DNA from: Prorocentrum cordatum
Taxonomy: Eukaryota
NCBI GenBank assembly: GCA_963575745.1
Contig: CAUYUJ010000111.1
Location: 62,001 to 118,113 of the forward strand
DNA length: 56,113 bases
Direction of reading: 5' to 3'
The notes below the pieces were generated by a model. It did no database searches. It was not told the origin of the DNA and worked only from the letters and a program-made list of their open reading frames with translations. Numbering within the stretch: position 1 is the stretch's first letter; every line of letters begins with the position of its first letter. Below, piece after piece: positions 13,657 to 24,500 of this stretch. The position numbers and the translations under genes were made by a program.

Positions 13657-16239
13657 CAAAGGTTGACGGTTTACCGCCGGCGCCCATAACTCGTAGAGCT
13701 TCCCTTAGCAAGTTGTTGCTGGAAGCTTAAGAGTAATTCCGGGGCGCTGGAGAGCTAGTTGGCAAGGAAAATCTCGACGGACATTTTGAGGAATTTTGGT
13801 CGGTTGAAAATTTTGTTCTCGAAATTCAACAATTCGTTTGAGCTCTAGTATTTTGTCCCGTGATATTCGATCTTATTCCCGCTCGCCATCTTGATCTCAG
13901 CTCGATCGGGTTCCTTTTACTGCCAAAAAGCGTCCAGGCGGGATCGGCCGTTTCGGGTCATCTTGTCACGCGCTGTGGGTTTTCTCAAGATAACTCGAGC
14001 TTTAGGACAGCTACAGAGCTGGTAAGCACAGCTAATCGATTCAGAATGATCAGCCGCGTTCGCATGTCAAACCCAGAGGTCTGAACTCGATCTACCAGCC
14101 GAGCTAGGTCCGCAAACCTATTCGTATTATTCGAGTCGTCTTGACAGACGCTCTCGATTCTCTGTACTTAACTCGAGCTACAGCACAGCTACAGAGCTGA
14201 TACGTACAGAATCTGATTCAGATCATGAGTGGCCGTTGTCTGTTGAATCCAGAGCTCTAACTCTGTCTGCTGCCCGATCTAGAATCGCGAAACTATTCGT
14301 ATTCTTCGAGTAATCTTGAGAGATGCTGTCGGTTCTCTGCACACAACCCGGGCTGTGGGGGGGCTGCATGGCTGGTAATCACTGGAATCGATTGGAAGAC
14401 ATCAGGTGCGTCCACCTTTCGAATCCAGAGCTTCGCACTCTGTCTGCTGCCCGAACTAGGTCCGCGAAACTATTCGTATTTTTCGAGTCATCCTGAGAGA
14501 TGCTGTCGGTTTCCTGCACTTAACTCGGGCTGTAGAGGGGCTGCAGGGCTGGTAATCACAGGAATCGATTCAGAGAGATCAGACGCGTCCGCCTGTCGCA
14601 TGCCGAGGTCTGAACTCGATCTGATACTCGAGCTAGGTTTGCCAAACTATTCGTATTGTTCGAGTCATCTTGAGAGGTGCTGTAGGAGAGCTACAGAGCT
14701 CGTACAGAAGACAATCAGCATCGGGGGCGTTCGGCTGTTACATCGGAGCGGTCTGAAATTGCTTGGGCTGAACAACTATATTTTCAGTGTAATTTTTTTC
14801 GACATTATATGTTGTCAGGAAACACGAGTCCCCCGGCGGTAACGAAGGTTGACGGTTTACCGCCGGCGCCCAGTTCCGGGGCGCTGGAGAGCTAGTTGGC
14901 AAGAAAAGTCTCGACGGACATTTTCAGGAATTTTGGTCGGTTGAAAATTTTGTTCTCGAAATTCAACAATTCGTTAGAGTTCTAGTATTTTTTCCCGTGA
15001 TATTCGATCTTATTCCCGCTCGCCATCTGGATCTCAGCTCGAACCTTTTACTGCCAAAAAGCGTCCAGGCGGGATCGGCCGTTTCGGGTCATCTTGTCAC
15101 GCGCTGTCGGTTTTCTCAAGATAACTCGAGCTTTAGGACAGCTACAGAGCTGGTAAGCACAGCTAATCGATTCAGAATGATCAGCCGCGTTCGCCTGTTG
15201 AAGCCAGAGGTCTGAACTCGGTCTGCTAGCCGAGCTAAGTTCGCAAACCTATTCGTATTCGAGTCATCTTCTCTCGATTTTCTGTACTCAATTCGAGCTA
15301 CAGGACAGCTACAGAGCTGATACGTACAGAATCTGATTCATAATCATCAGTGGCCGTTGTCTGTTGAATCCAGAGCTCTGAACTCGGTCTGCTGCCCGAT
15401 CTAGAATCGCAAAACTATTCGTATTGTTCGAGTCATCTTGAGAGATGCTGTCGTTTCTCTGCACTCAACTCGGGCTGTGGGGGGGCTGCATGGCTGGTAA
15501 TCATTGGAATCGATTCGGAGACATCAGGTGCGTCCGCCTTTCGAATCGAGAGCTTCGAACTCTGTCTGCTGCCCGAACTAGGTCCGCGAAACTATTCGTA
15601 TTGTTCGAGTCATCCTGAGAGGTGCTGTCCGTTTCCTGCACTTAACTCGGGCTGTAGGGGGGCTGCTGGGCTGGTAATCACAGGAATCGATTCAGAGACA
15701 TCAGACGCGTCCGCCTGTCGCATGCAGAGGTCTGAACTCGGTCTGATACTCGAGCTAGGTTTGCCAAACTATTCGTATTGTTCGAGTCATCTTGAGAGGT
15801 GCTGTCGATTTACGCACGTAACTCGGGCAGGAGAGCTACAGAGCTCGTACAGAAGACAATCCAGAAGCATCGGGGGCGTTCGGCTGTTACATCGGAGAGG
15901 TCTGAAATTCCTTGGGCTGAAGAACTTTTTTTCAGTGTAATTTTTTTTCGACATTATATGTTGTCAGGAAGCTCTACGAGCCCCCCCGGCTCAAGAACGT
16001 CTCGGCTCAAGAACGTCTCTGCCTGGGGAACCTCCAGACGTTCTAGCGAGCCCTGGCCTCGGGGTGTGAGCCCGGCTTGCCTGGGTTCCCTCGAGGTTCT
16101 TGTCTGCTTACTCTACATCTCTTGTATTGTACGCTATATTCTTCTTCGTGGTATTGAGATTCTCTGGTGTGCTGCACTGCTGTTCATTGTCTGTCTGCAT
16201 TCTTTACTTCTTATTGAACGAGTGGTAGTTACTTGTGTG

Positions 16240-17642
16240 TGGATCGTTGTTGACATCACGTCGTACGACAGTCCTGAGGCTCAGCTGGCATTGAGGAGAG
16301 AGATAGGACTCGAGCATTGGGGTGAAAGTACTGAGGAGTGGTTTCGGCGTCAAAGGAATTTGGACATACCCACAGAAGACTACCAGGACGAGAGAGTCAA
16401 CTTTGATTACCTTGAGGAATACCAGCCGTGGGATCAGAAAGATCTGCAGGCACTGGAGGCAGCATCAAACAAACGTCAACGTGAGGACGATAGGAGCTGG
16501 TTAGATAAATACGGATTGAACGGTAATATTCTTGAAGATATGACTCATGTTGCAGCAGCGGCGGATGCCGCGATGACTGGGGATGGTGAGACTCGATCCA
16601 AACGTGCACGTGGAACAGAGATTGAGGAGGAGAGGAAAGTGATGTTAGAAAAGGAGAAGGATCCATTCAAACAGATGATGATGAAGCATGTTTGGAAAAC
16701 GGAGGATGCCCATGAGGATCTCATCCATGTTGTTCAATCGACGAAGACGGACATCAAAAGAGTTGATGACACACTCAAGTTGCATACGGAGAGAATGGAC
16801 AAATCAGATGCACGGACAGATATTTTGGAGAAACAGGTTAAGCAAATTTTGGCTGGATCTCCTGCAGCTTCGGTTTCGACTAGTGTGGGCCCTGGTGGCT
16901 CCTCTGGTGGTGGTGGAGGTTCGATCCCTCGCGTGCAACAGGAGCGATCGAGCCAGTTCACACCAACTTATCTCGAGCTGAAAGGGTGGGTTACGGATTG
17001 GTCGAATCAAGTAAATCGGGGAAATCAAATGATACCCTGGGCAGATGCGGCACAGTTAATATCAAATATGATTGGGACACTTCAGGGGGAGGAAAGGAAT
17101 GCTTACGATAAAGATAAAACTGAACGTTTAAACGGAGGAAGATATATGTACGGCAGTGTGAAGGTCGGTTTCAAAGAAGGGACACCGCGGGACACTCTTT
17201 GGAGAATAAAGAAATGGATGGATATGGTCTGTAAGGAACCCGCCGACCGCATTGCCCCGCCCCCAGGTTATACGTATCCAGGTGCCGATGTTCTCACTCA
17301 TGATATGGACACGCCAATCGATCCCAGAAAGATTCGTACGTTAGTGGAGTGTGCACCCTGGAAGCGTGATCATGTGAAAGCGGTTGCTCGTTTCTGTGGG
17401 ACTTGGCGTAGTATGACCTCGGCTCATGTTCAAATCGAGATCCGTGGGGAGGTGGGGCCACCGAGAAGTCAGATTTGGACTCAAGCTGTTCGAATTTCCG
17501 ACCCGTCTGTTTTGCGACGTATACGAATACCACAGGGGCTTGGGTTCTTCATGCTGATGCATGGGCTCGTATTGTTTCTTTTTATCCGGCGCTGAAGGTT
17601 CCCATGAATGATATACTTCAGGAAGTGAATCGTAGGCAGTGA
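16240..17642 (+). CDS. LINE ORF1-like protein (coiled coil followed by a possible RRM-like region); start approximate, probable frameshift near 17495
   Basis: Lies upstream of ORF2. A heptad-like stretch VQSTKTDIKRVDDTLKLHTERMDKSDARTDILEKQV precedes LELKGW. An alternative frame FRPVCFATY..EVNRRQ* ends at 17642. The track ORF start at 15799 lies in the array and is read-in. Confidence 0.65.
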
Positions 17643-17676
17643 CGTTTGCGGCGCCTCGTCCGAGGCATACGCTTAG

Positions 17677-20600
17677 GCGAGCTGGAACCTGAACAAAGCA
17701 GGGGAGGCTCATTTCAAATGTGCTGAGATTCTCCATCATATGAGGGCATGTGGTGGGCTCTTTGCATGTCAGGAAACTCAATACCTAGTGCACGGGGAAT
17801 TTGAACGCTTGGGGTGGCGCATCAAAACTAGTTCGTGTAGTAAGGCAGCTCTCATCTTCGACAGATCTTGGGCGGCTGCCGTCCGTATGTTTTTCACTTG
17901 TTTCACGAGGTTCGTTATCGGTGTCTTTGGGTCAGAGAAGTCACCACTCATTATTGTGTCAGCGTATTTGCCAGACCCTCATGTGGAGGATTGTGTAGAG
18001 ATTGCTGCGGAGGTATATGAGCAGATCGGTCGTGCTCGCAATGTTCTCCGCACTAAGTTTCCTCAGGCCAGCTTTTGTGTTCTGCTAGATGCAAACGTGG
18101 AGATTCCGCCTGGATGCAGATTTACGTATAATGGGGAGGAGTATGAGGCTACTGGAAAGGAAGGTACTCGTACGGACAGAAGGTGGGAGAGAGGAGGAGA
18201 CGGTACACAGCAGATTGAAAGGAGGAGTCGGAGGAGGAGGCTGAAGGAGCTGCTGTTAGAGTTCATGGAATCGCATGGACTGAAGGCCGCCAACACTTTC
18301 TGTACTAGGAGGCATACCTGGGAGTCGTGGGGGGAGAACAAGTTTCTGACTTCGAAGAGGGTCCTGGATTACCTAATGGTCCCTCACCGTTGGGAGTTCT
18401 CGGATCTGGAGGTGAAGTGGTGTTTCAAGAGGGGTGGGAAGAAGCAGTTCAGTAGATTATCCGATCACGCAATCATCACGGCGAGTTTCACTGACCCTGG
18501 GAACGTGATTGTTCGTCGCCCTGACCCCCAGCCTGGTCAGAAGTCTAGGCCGTCTCTGGTCGGATACAAGTGTTCGACTTGGGCTGATGAGCATCAGGCT
18601 CGACAGCATGTGGATTCGTATCTAGGCGGTGCTGCCTTTTCAAGGTGTCCGTCTGTGACCTGTCCACAGGGTCTGGAGAGTACTATGCTGGAGGCGTACT
18701 TGTCACCGACGGTGGACTACTCCACCACGGGTGCGAGAAGACCGAGAGAGCCGTCCAGGCCGGTGCAGCTCACAAGAGCGGAGGAGGAGGTTAAGATGTG
18801 TCCGAAGGAGGAAGTGGAGAGGTTGAGGAGGTTAAAGAATGAGGCTAATCGTCTACGCAGAGGTTATCGACGTGATATGATTATGTGCAGATGTCCCCCA
18901 ACAAAACGAAAGGTCAGATATACTATCAAACATTTAGTGGTGGATGGGAGGGAGACGGAGGACCGTGAGGAGTGGAAGGAGGAGCTCGACAAGTTCGTTC
19001 GTTGCAAGGTGTCGTCCGAAGAGATACGCAATTCCACCAACAGTGTGATGGAGGAGATCAGGATGAGGGCTGTACATGAGATACGTTCCACATCAGTTGT
19101 GGGAATTAGTATGGCGCTGCTTCTCAGAGCACGAGCTCGGCTGAAGACCCAGAGGGCTACTGGGCCAGACGGGATACCGTGCGAGATTCTAAGGAGCTTG
19201 CCGTGGTGTGCTCTCAGAGCGATCCAGAAGCTGTTCGATAAAATCATCAAGCTCACGATTCCGTATCCTCAGTCGTGGCGTGAGATTCTCGTCTCTTTTA
19301 TGCCAAAAACTCCAGGGATCACTAAGCTAAAAGACGGACGCTTGCTGTGTATGCAGAATGCTGTTTCGAGATGGTTCAGTTCCTGTGTTGTTCTCTTGGT
19401 TGAGGGTCATATTGAAAGAAAAGGAGTGTTTTGTCATATTGGGTTGTATGGTTTCCAGGAACACCGTCGTACACACGAAATCACGGCTAGCATCAAACAC
19501 ATAGGTCAACATGCTGCACAATGGGGAAAAGGGGAAACGGCACACTTGGCGAACGCTGATGTCCTTCAGGCGTTCGATCACTGCACGGTGGCCAATGTCA
19601 GGCGCGGGTTGGATCATGCGGATGTACCCCTTTACCTACAGTATGCTCTACTTGACCCCTTGTGCGAATGTGTAGGCACTGTCTATTATGATGGGATTGA
19701 GGTGGTGGAGGTTAGGTGGGACAAATGTATTCGGACGGGAGGGCCCGAGGGACCGTTGGCCTTCAATCTCATCGTTGCTGCTATGTGGGGCTCCACGATT
19801 CGAGAATGGGACGTACTAGGACTAGGTTATCGTATTGAGTATGTGACTGGCTCGACTAGCTGTGTTTCGATTATTAATCATTTCCTTTGGGCTGACAACT
19901 GTTATGTATTGGCTCGGAGTCGAGAGGAACTCACACGCATGTTACACGGTCTAACTACACAGTTACATGATTATGGAATGAGATGGAAGGAATCCAGCCT
20001 ATTGTATATGGTGTTCGGGGTCGAGCCGCCGCGAGATGTGGAAGGGGAAATACTTCACACTGCTGATCTTGCTCTCTCGGTGGGGTCGGAGGCGTCTGGA
20101 GTGTATCGATTTAGAAGGACGACGGAGATGGAGGTGCTGGGGGCTTATATTTGTTCTGAACTACATGTGAATGAACATCATGATTTGGACGCTCGTATTG
20201 ACTGTGCTCGCAGGGCCTTCTGGGGGCAGGCGACCTTCTTCCGCTCCACGGCCATCCCGTTGAAAGATAAATATGAGAGGTATGCTCAGAGAGTTCAGAG
20301 TATTGTGCTCTACGCGGCGGAAGGATGCACGGTCGATTCAAGTTCATTGAGCGCCCTTCATATCTTTGAGGGCAAGTGCCTGTCTGTAATGTCTCGCTGT
20401 ATACGGAGGGAGGGGGAAAGTTACCAGGAATGGAATACGAGGAGGTATGAACGTGTGAGACAAAAATTTCATGGTGCTCACTTTGTGGGCATTGTACAGA
20501 AGTTTCTCAGAGTGCATTGGATGTGGGCAATTGACGTCCAGGACTTTGCACACAGGCTGATCACAGATCGGGGGGAGTTGGAGGCGAACTCGATGAGAGC

Positions 20601-21597
20601 TTGGAGAGATTCTCGTTTCTCATGTCTGGCGTTTGGCCGACTGTGGGATAGAATGAGGACGGATTCAAGTGAGGCTCTCAGATGTTGGGGAAACTGGAAG
20701 GAGGCCAGCTCTATGAAAAGGCATCGGGGGGGACAGGAGAGCGTCGGACTCCGTCCGTGGTATTATTCATTGGAATCGTTTTACGGTTTATCCTGGTGGG
20801 AGTTCTTTGCTGGAAGTTTTGAGCATTTCATGGATTTCGCTACTAATGTTTGTTCTAGTACTATGTTGAAGTACTTCCAAAAGAAGTGTAAAGGGTTGGC
20901 GTCCTCAGGGGTGCCTGTATTCTTGAACTTGGATGAGGATGGAGGGGTTCATATCGGTCAGGATCGGGAGGATACACCAGCATATAGGGATCGCCTCAGC
21001 AAACGTATTGCGTTGCATAATATGCGTTGTACACAGTGGGACCTCGATACAGATGGGATACCACTGGACATCCAAGGGGACTCACTGCTTGTTATTAACT
21101 GGCTCTGCGGGAAATGGAAAGTATTAGCTCAGGTATATCAGAAAAGGGTGGATACTCTGATTAATAAGTTGGACGAAATGCAGGAAACTTACTTGGTGAG
21201 GCCTCCAGAGGCCGGCCGTGACTTCTTCTCTCATTCGTTTCGGGAATGGAACCAGAAAGCTGACTTACTGACCCATCAGGCCCGTCAGGGCCATGTGTAC
21301 GCCGATTTCGTTTACCTCAACGACTTTGAATCTCAGTGTTATATTCCTTGCCTTATCAAAGCCGGCTTTGATGGGGGAGTTTGTAGCCGCGGAAGTGCCT
21401 GTGGTGCATGGATACAGATTGGTCTGCGAAACAAGTATATCTTCTCGCGGACCGACATCATTTTCAAGGATGTGTATCTTGCGGCTTGGTGTCTACCACC
21501 GAGCGCCACTGTTACAGATACGGAACTATCGGCGGCGGAGCGCATATGCGAGGTGCTCCCACAGGTTGTGCAGACCTTCTTTGATCATTCGCAGTGA
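17677..21597 (+). CDS. LINE ORF2 polyprotein: APE endonuclease, reverse transcriptase and RNase H-like domain
   Basis: APE motifs ASWN (in frame, upstream of the ATG at 17740), CQET, SAYLP, LDAN, NTF, LDYL and SDH. RT motifs GPDGIP, YGF, ADVLQAFD, IRTGGPEGP and WADN. C-terminal GDS, REWNQKAD, FDGG and DTEL. About 1300 uninterrupted codons. Confidence 0.93.
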   Translation, partial: ASWNLNKAGEAHFKCAEILHHMRACGGLFACQETQYLVHGEFERLGWRIKTSSCSKAALIFDRSWAAAVRMFFTCFTRFVIGVFGSEKSPLIIVSAYLPDPHVEDCVEIAAEVYEQIGRARNVLRTKFPQASFCVLLDANVEIPPGCRFTYNGEEYEATGKEGTRTDRRWERGGDGTQQIERRSRRRRLKELLLEFMESHGLKAANTFCTRRHTWESWGENKFLTSKRVLDYLMVPHRWEFSDLEVKWCFKRGGKKQFSRLSDHAIITASFTDPGNVIVRRPDPQPGQKSRPSLVGYKCSTWADEHQARQHVDSYLGGAAFSRCPSVTCPQGLESTMLEAYLSPTVDYSTTGARRPREPSRPVQLTRAEEEVKMCPKEEVERLRRLKNEANRLRRGYRRDMIMCRCPPTKRKVRYTIKHLVVDGRETEDREEWKEELDKFVRCKVSSEEIRNSTNSVMEEIRMRAVHEIRSTSVVGISMALLLRARARLKTQRATGPDGIPCEILRSLPWCALRAIQKLFDKIIKLTIPYPQSWREILVSFMPKTPGITKLKDGRLLCMQNAVSRWFSSCVVLLVEGHIERKGVFCHIGLYGFQEHRRTHEITASIKHIGQHAAQWGKGETAHLANADVLQAFDHCTVANVRRGLDHADVPLYLQYALLDPLCECVGTVYYDGIEVVEVRWDKCIRTGGPEGPLAFNLIVAAMWGSTIREWDVLGLGYRIEYVTGSTSCVSIINHFLWADNCYVLARSREELTRMLHGLTTQLHDYGMRWKESSLLYMVFGVEPPRDVEGEILHTADLALSVGSEASGVYRFRRTTEMEVLGAYICSELHVNEHHDLDARIDCARRAFWGQATFFRSTAIPLKDKYERYAQRVQSIVLYAAEGCTVDSSSLSALHIFEGKCLSVMSRCIRREGESYQEWNTRRYERVRQKFHGAHFVGIVQKFLRVHWMWAIDVQDFAHRLITDRGELEANSMRAWRDSRFSCLAFGRLWDRMRTDSSEALRCWGNWKEASSMKRHRGGQESVGLRPWYYSLESFYGLSWWEFFAGSFEHFMDFATNVCSSTMLKYFQKKCKGLASSGVPVFLNLDEDGGVHIGQDREDTPAYRDRLSKRIALHNMRCTQWDLDTDGIPLDIQGDSLLVINWLCGKWKVLAQVYQKRVDTLINKLDEMQETYLVRPPEAGRDFFSHSFREWNQKADLLTHQARQGHVYADFVYLNDFESQCYIPCLIKAGFDGGVCSRGSACGAWIQIGLRNKYIFSRTDIIFKDVYLAAWCLPPSATVTDTELSAAERICEVLPQVVQTFFDHSQ

Positions 21598-24500
21598 TTT
21601 GACACACATTGTTTCTTCTTTTCCGTGTCTTGTATATTCCTGCAGCTTCGCTGCTCACTGACTTCCTCGATTAGCTGTGTGTACTTTGCGTTTGATTGTG
21701 TCATTGCGGCATGTGATTCTCTTTATTCCTTCAGCTTCGCTGTGTGGTATAAGAGCTGACTGCTTGCGTGATGAATAAGAGGCTCTGTTTTGCCTGAGAC
21801 TTTGTTGGACCTGGCCTCAGTGGCCAAGACGGTCCCAGCAAAGACGCAAAAAAAACAAAGGTTGACGGTTTACCGCCGGCGCCCAGTTGTTGCTGGAAGC
21901 TTAAGAGTAATTCCGGGGCGCTGGAGAGCTAGTTGGCAAGAAAAATCTCGACGGACCTTTTGCTGACTTTGGGTCGGCGCCAGTTGGCAAGAAACATCTC
22001 GACGGACCTTTTGCTGACTTTGGGTCGGTTGAAAATTTTGTTCTCGAAATTCAACCATTCTTTAGAGCTCTAGTATTTTTTCTGACCATATTCGATCTTA
22101 TTCCCGCTCGCCATCTTAATCTGAGCTTGATCGGGTAAATATTTCTGCAAAAAATCATCGCGGCGGTATCGGCTGTTTCGAGTCATCTTGATACGCGTTG
22201 TCGGTATTTTGTACTTAACACGAGCTGTAGGGCAGCTACAGAGCTCATTCTCACAGAAATCGATTGCGAATCATCAGGCGCGTTCGTCTGTTCCATCTAG
22301 AGGGCTGAACGCGGTCTGCTGCCCGAGCTAGGTCCGCGAAACTATTCGTGTTGTTGGAGTCATGTTGAGAGGTGCTGACAGTTTTCTGCACTTAACTCGG
22401 GCTGTAGAGGGGCTACAGGGCTCGTGCTCACAGGAATCGATTCGGAGACATCATGCGCGTCCGCCTGCCGAATCCAGAGCTCGGGACTCGGTGTGCTGCC
22501 CGAGCTAGGTTCGCAAAACTATTCGTATTCGTCGAGTCATCTTGAGAGGTGCTGTCCGTTTTCTGCACTTAACTCGAGCTGTAAGGGGGCTGCAGGGTTG
22601 GTAATCACTGGAATCGATTCGGAGACATCAATCGCGTCCACCTGTCGCATTCAGAGCCCTCAACTCGGCCTGCTGCCCGAGCTAGGTCCACGAAGCTATT
22701 CGTGTTGTTCGAGTCATCTTCAGAGGTGCTGTCGATTTCTGCACTTAACTCGGGCTGTAAGGGTGCTGCGGACTGGTAATCACAGGAATCGATTCGGAGA
22801 CATCAGGCGCGTCTGCCTGTTGCATTCAGATGTCTGAACTCGGTCTGATACTCGAGCTAGATTCGCGAAACTATTTGTATTGTTCGAGTGATCTCGAGAG
22901 GTGCTGTCGATTTTCGCACGTAACTCGGGCTGTAGGAGACCTACGGAGCTCGTGCGCACAGAAAACGATCCAGAAGCATGAGGGGCGTTTGGCTGTTGCA
23001 TCGAGAGGTCTGAAATCGTTTAGGATGAAAAGCTATTCGTTCTCTGCAATTTTTTTCGACATTATATATGCTCAGAAAGCTCTACGAGTCCCCCGGCGGT
23101 AAGGAAGGTTGACTGCTTACCGCCGGCGCCCAGTGGACGCTACCAAGTGCAATCTTTGTGCAATTTTAAAGTTCGTTTTGGGAACCGGTATTTTTCTCAC
23201 CTGTAGTGGGTTGTGCCGCGTCTGCGAGTGAAATTCACAGGTCCGTAGCTGCAGTATTACTATCGAAAGACTTGAGGGAACCGTCAGCCGTTTCGAGCAC
23301 CTCCACACGCGTTGACAGTTTTCTGTATCTCAAGATTTAGGAGAGGTACAGAGCTGCTACTTACAGAAATCGATTCAGAATCATCAGGCGCGTTTGTCTG
23401 TTCCATCGAGAGGTCTGAACTCGGACTGCTACTCGAGCTAGATCCGCGAAACTATCCGCATTACACGAGTGCTCTGAGAGGAACACGTAATTTTTAAAGC
23501 TTTTCAGCTCACGCGTAAGAAAGGTCCCCCCTTGTGTTCCAAGCAGCGTCGTGCAGAGAAGAGCTCTACGAGGCTCCCGGCGGTAACCTGGTTAACGGTT
23601 TACCGCCGGCTCCCAGTTCCGGGGCGCTGGAGAGCTAGTTGGCAAGAAACACCTCGACGGACGTTTTGACGACTTTTGCTCGGTTGAAAATTTCGTTCTC
23701 GAAATTGAACCATTCGTTGGAGCTCTTGTATTTTTTTCTCGTGATATTCGATCTTATTCCCGCTCGCCATCTCGATCCCAGCTTGCTCGCGTACCTTTTA
23801 CTGCCAAAAAGCGTCTAGGCGGGATCGGCCGTTTCGGGTCATCTTGTCACGCGCTGCCGGTTTTCTGAAGATAACTCGAGCTTTAGGACAGCTACAGAGC
23901 TGGTAAACACAGCTAATCGATTCAGAATGATCAGCCGCGTTCGCCTGTTGAACCCAGAGGTCTGAACTTGGTCTGCTAGCCGAGCTAGGTCCGCAAACCT
24001 ATTCGTATTATTCAGGGGCTCTCGGTTTTCTGTACTCAACTCGAGCTACAGGACAGCTTCAGAGCTGATACGTACAGAATCTGATTCAGAATAATCAGTG
24101 GCCGTTGTCTGTTGAATCCAGAGCTCTGAACTCGGTCTGCTGCCCGATCTAGAATCGCGAAACTATTCGTATTGTTCGAGTCATCTTGAGAGATGCTGTC
24201 GGTTCTCTGCACTCAACTCGGGCTGTGGGGGGGCTGCATGGCTGGTAATCACTGGAATCGATTCGGAGACATCAGGTGCGTCCGTCTTTCGAATCCAGAG
24301 CTCCGAAGTCTGTCTGCTGTCGAATTAGGTCCGCGAAACTATTCGTATTGTTCGAGTCACCCTGAGAGGTGCTGTCGGTTTCCTGCACTTAACTCGGGCT
24401 GTAGGGGGGCTGCAGGGCTGGTAATCACAGGAATCGATTCAGAGACATCAGACGCGTCTGCCTGTCGCATGCAGAGGTCTGAACTCGGTCTGATACTCGA

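Larger units (their letters stand above)
15991..21855 (+). mobile_element. Apparently full-length LINE, copy 3 (5' UTR, ORF1, ORF2, 3' UTR, A8)
   Basis: The 5' junction follows ctctacgagcccccccggc and the 3' A8 (21848-21855) precedes caaaggttgacggtttaccgccgg. A few target bases (ggt) are lost and there is no TSD. Confidence 0.92.

Noticed and set aside
2036..15940. Many 60-160 aa ORFs in the array (e.g. MQRSELGLILELG..)
   Set aside because: These are translations of the 177-bp repeat, and stops and frames differ between copies.
15799..15990. Start of the 598-aa track ORF
   Set aside because: It lies in the array upstream of the LINE junction.
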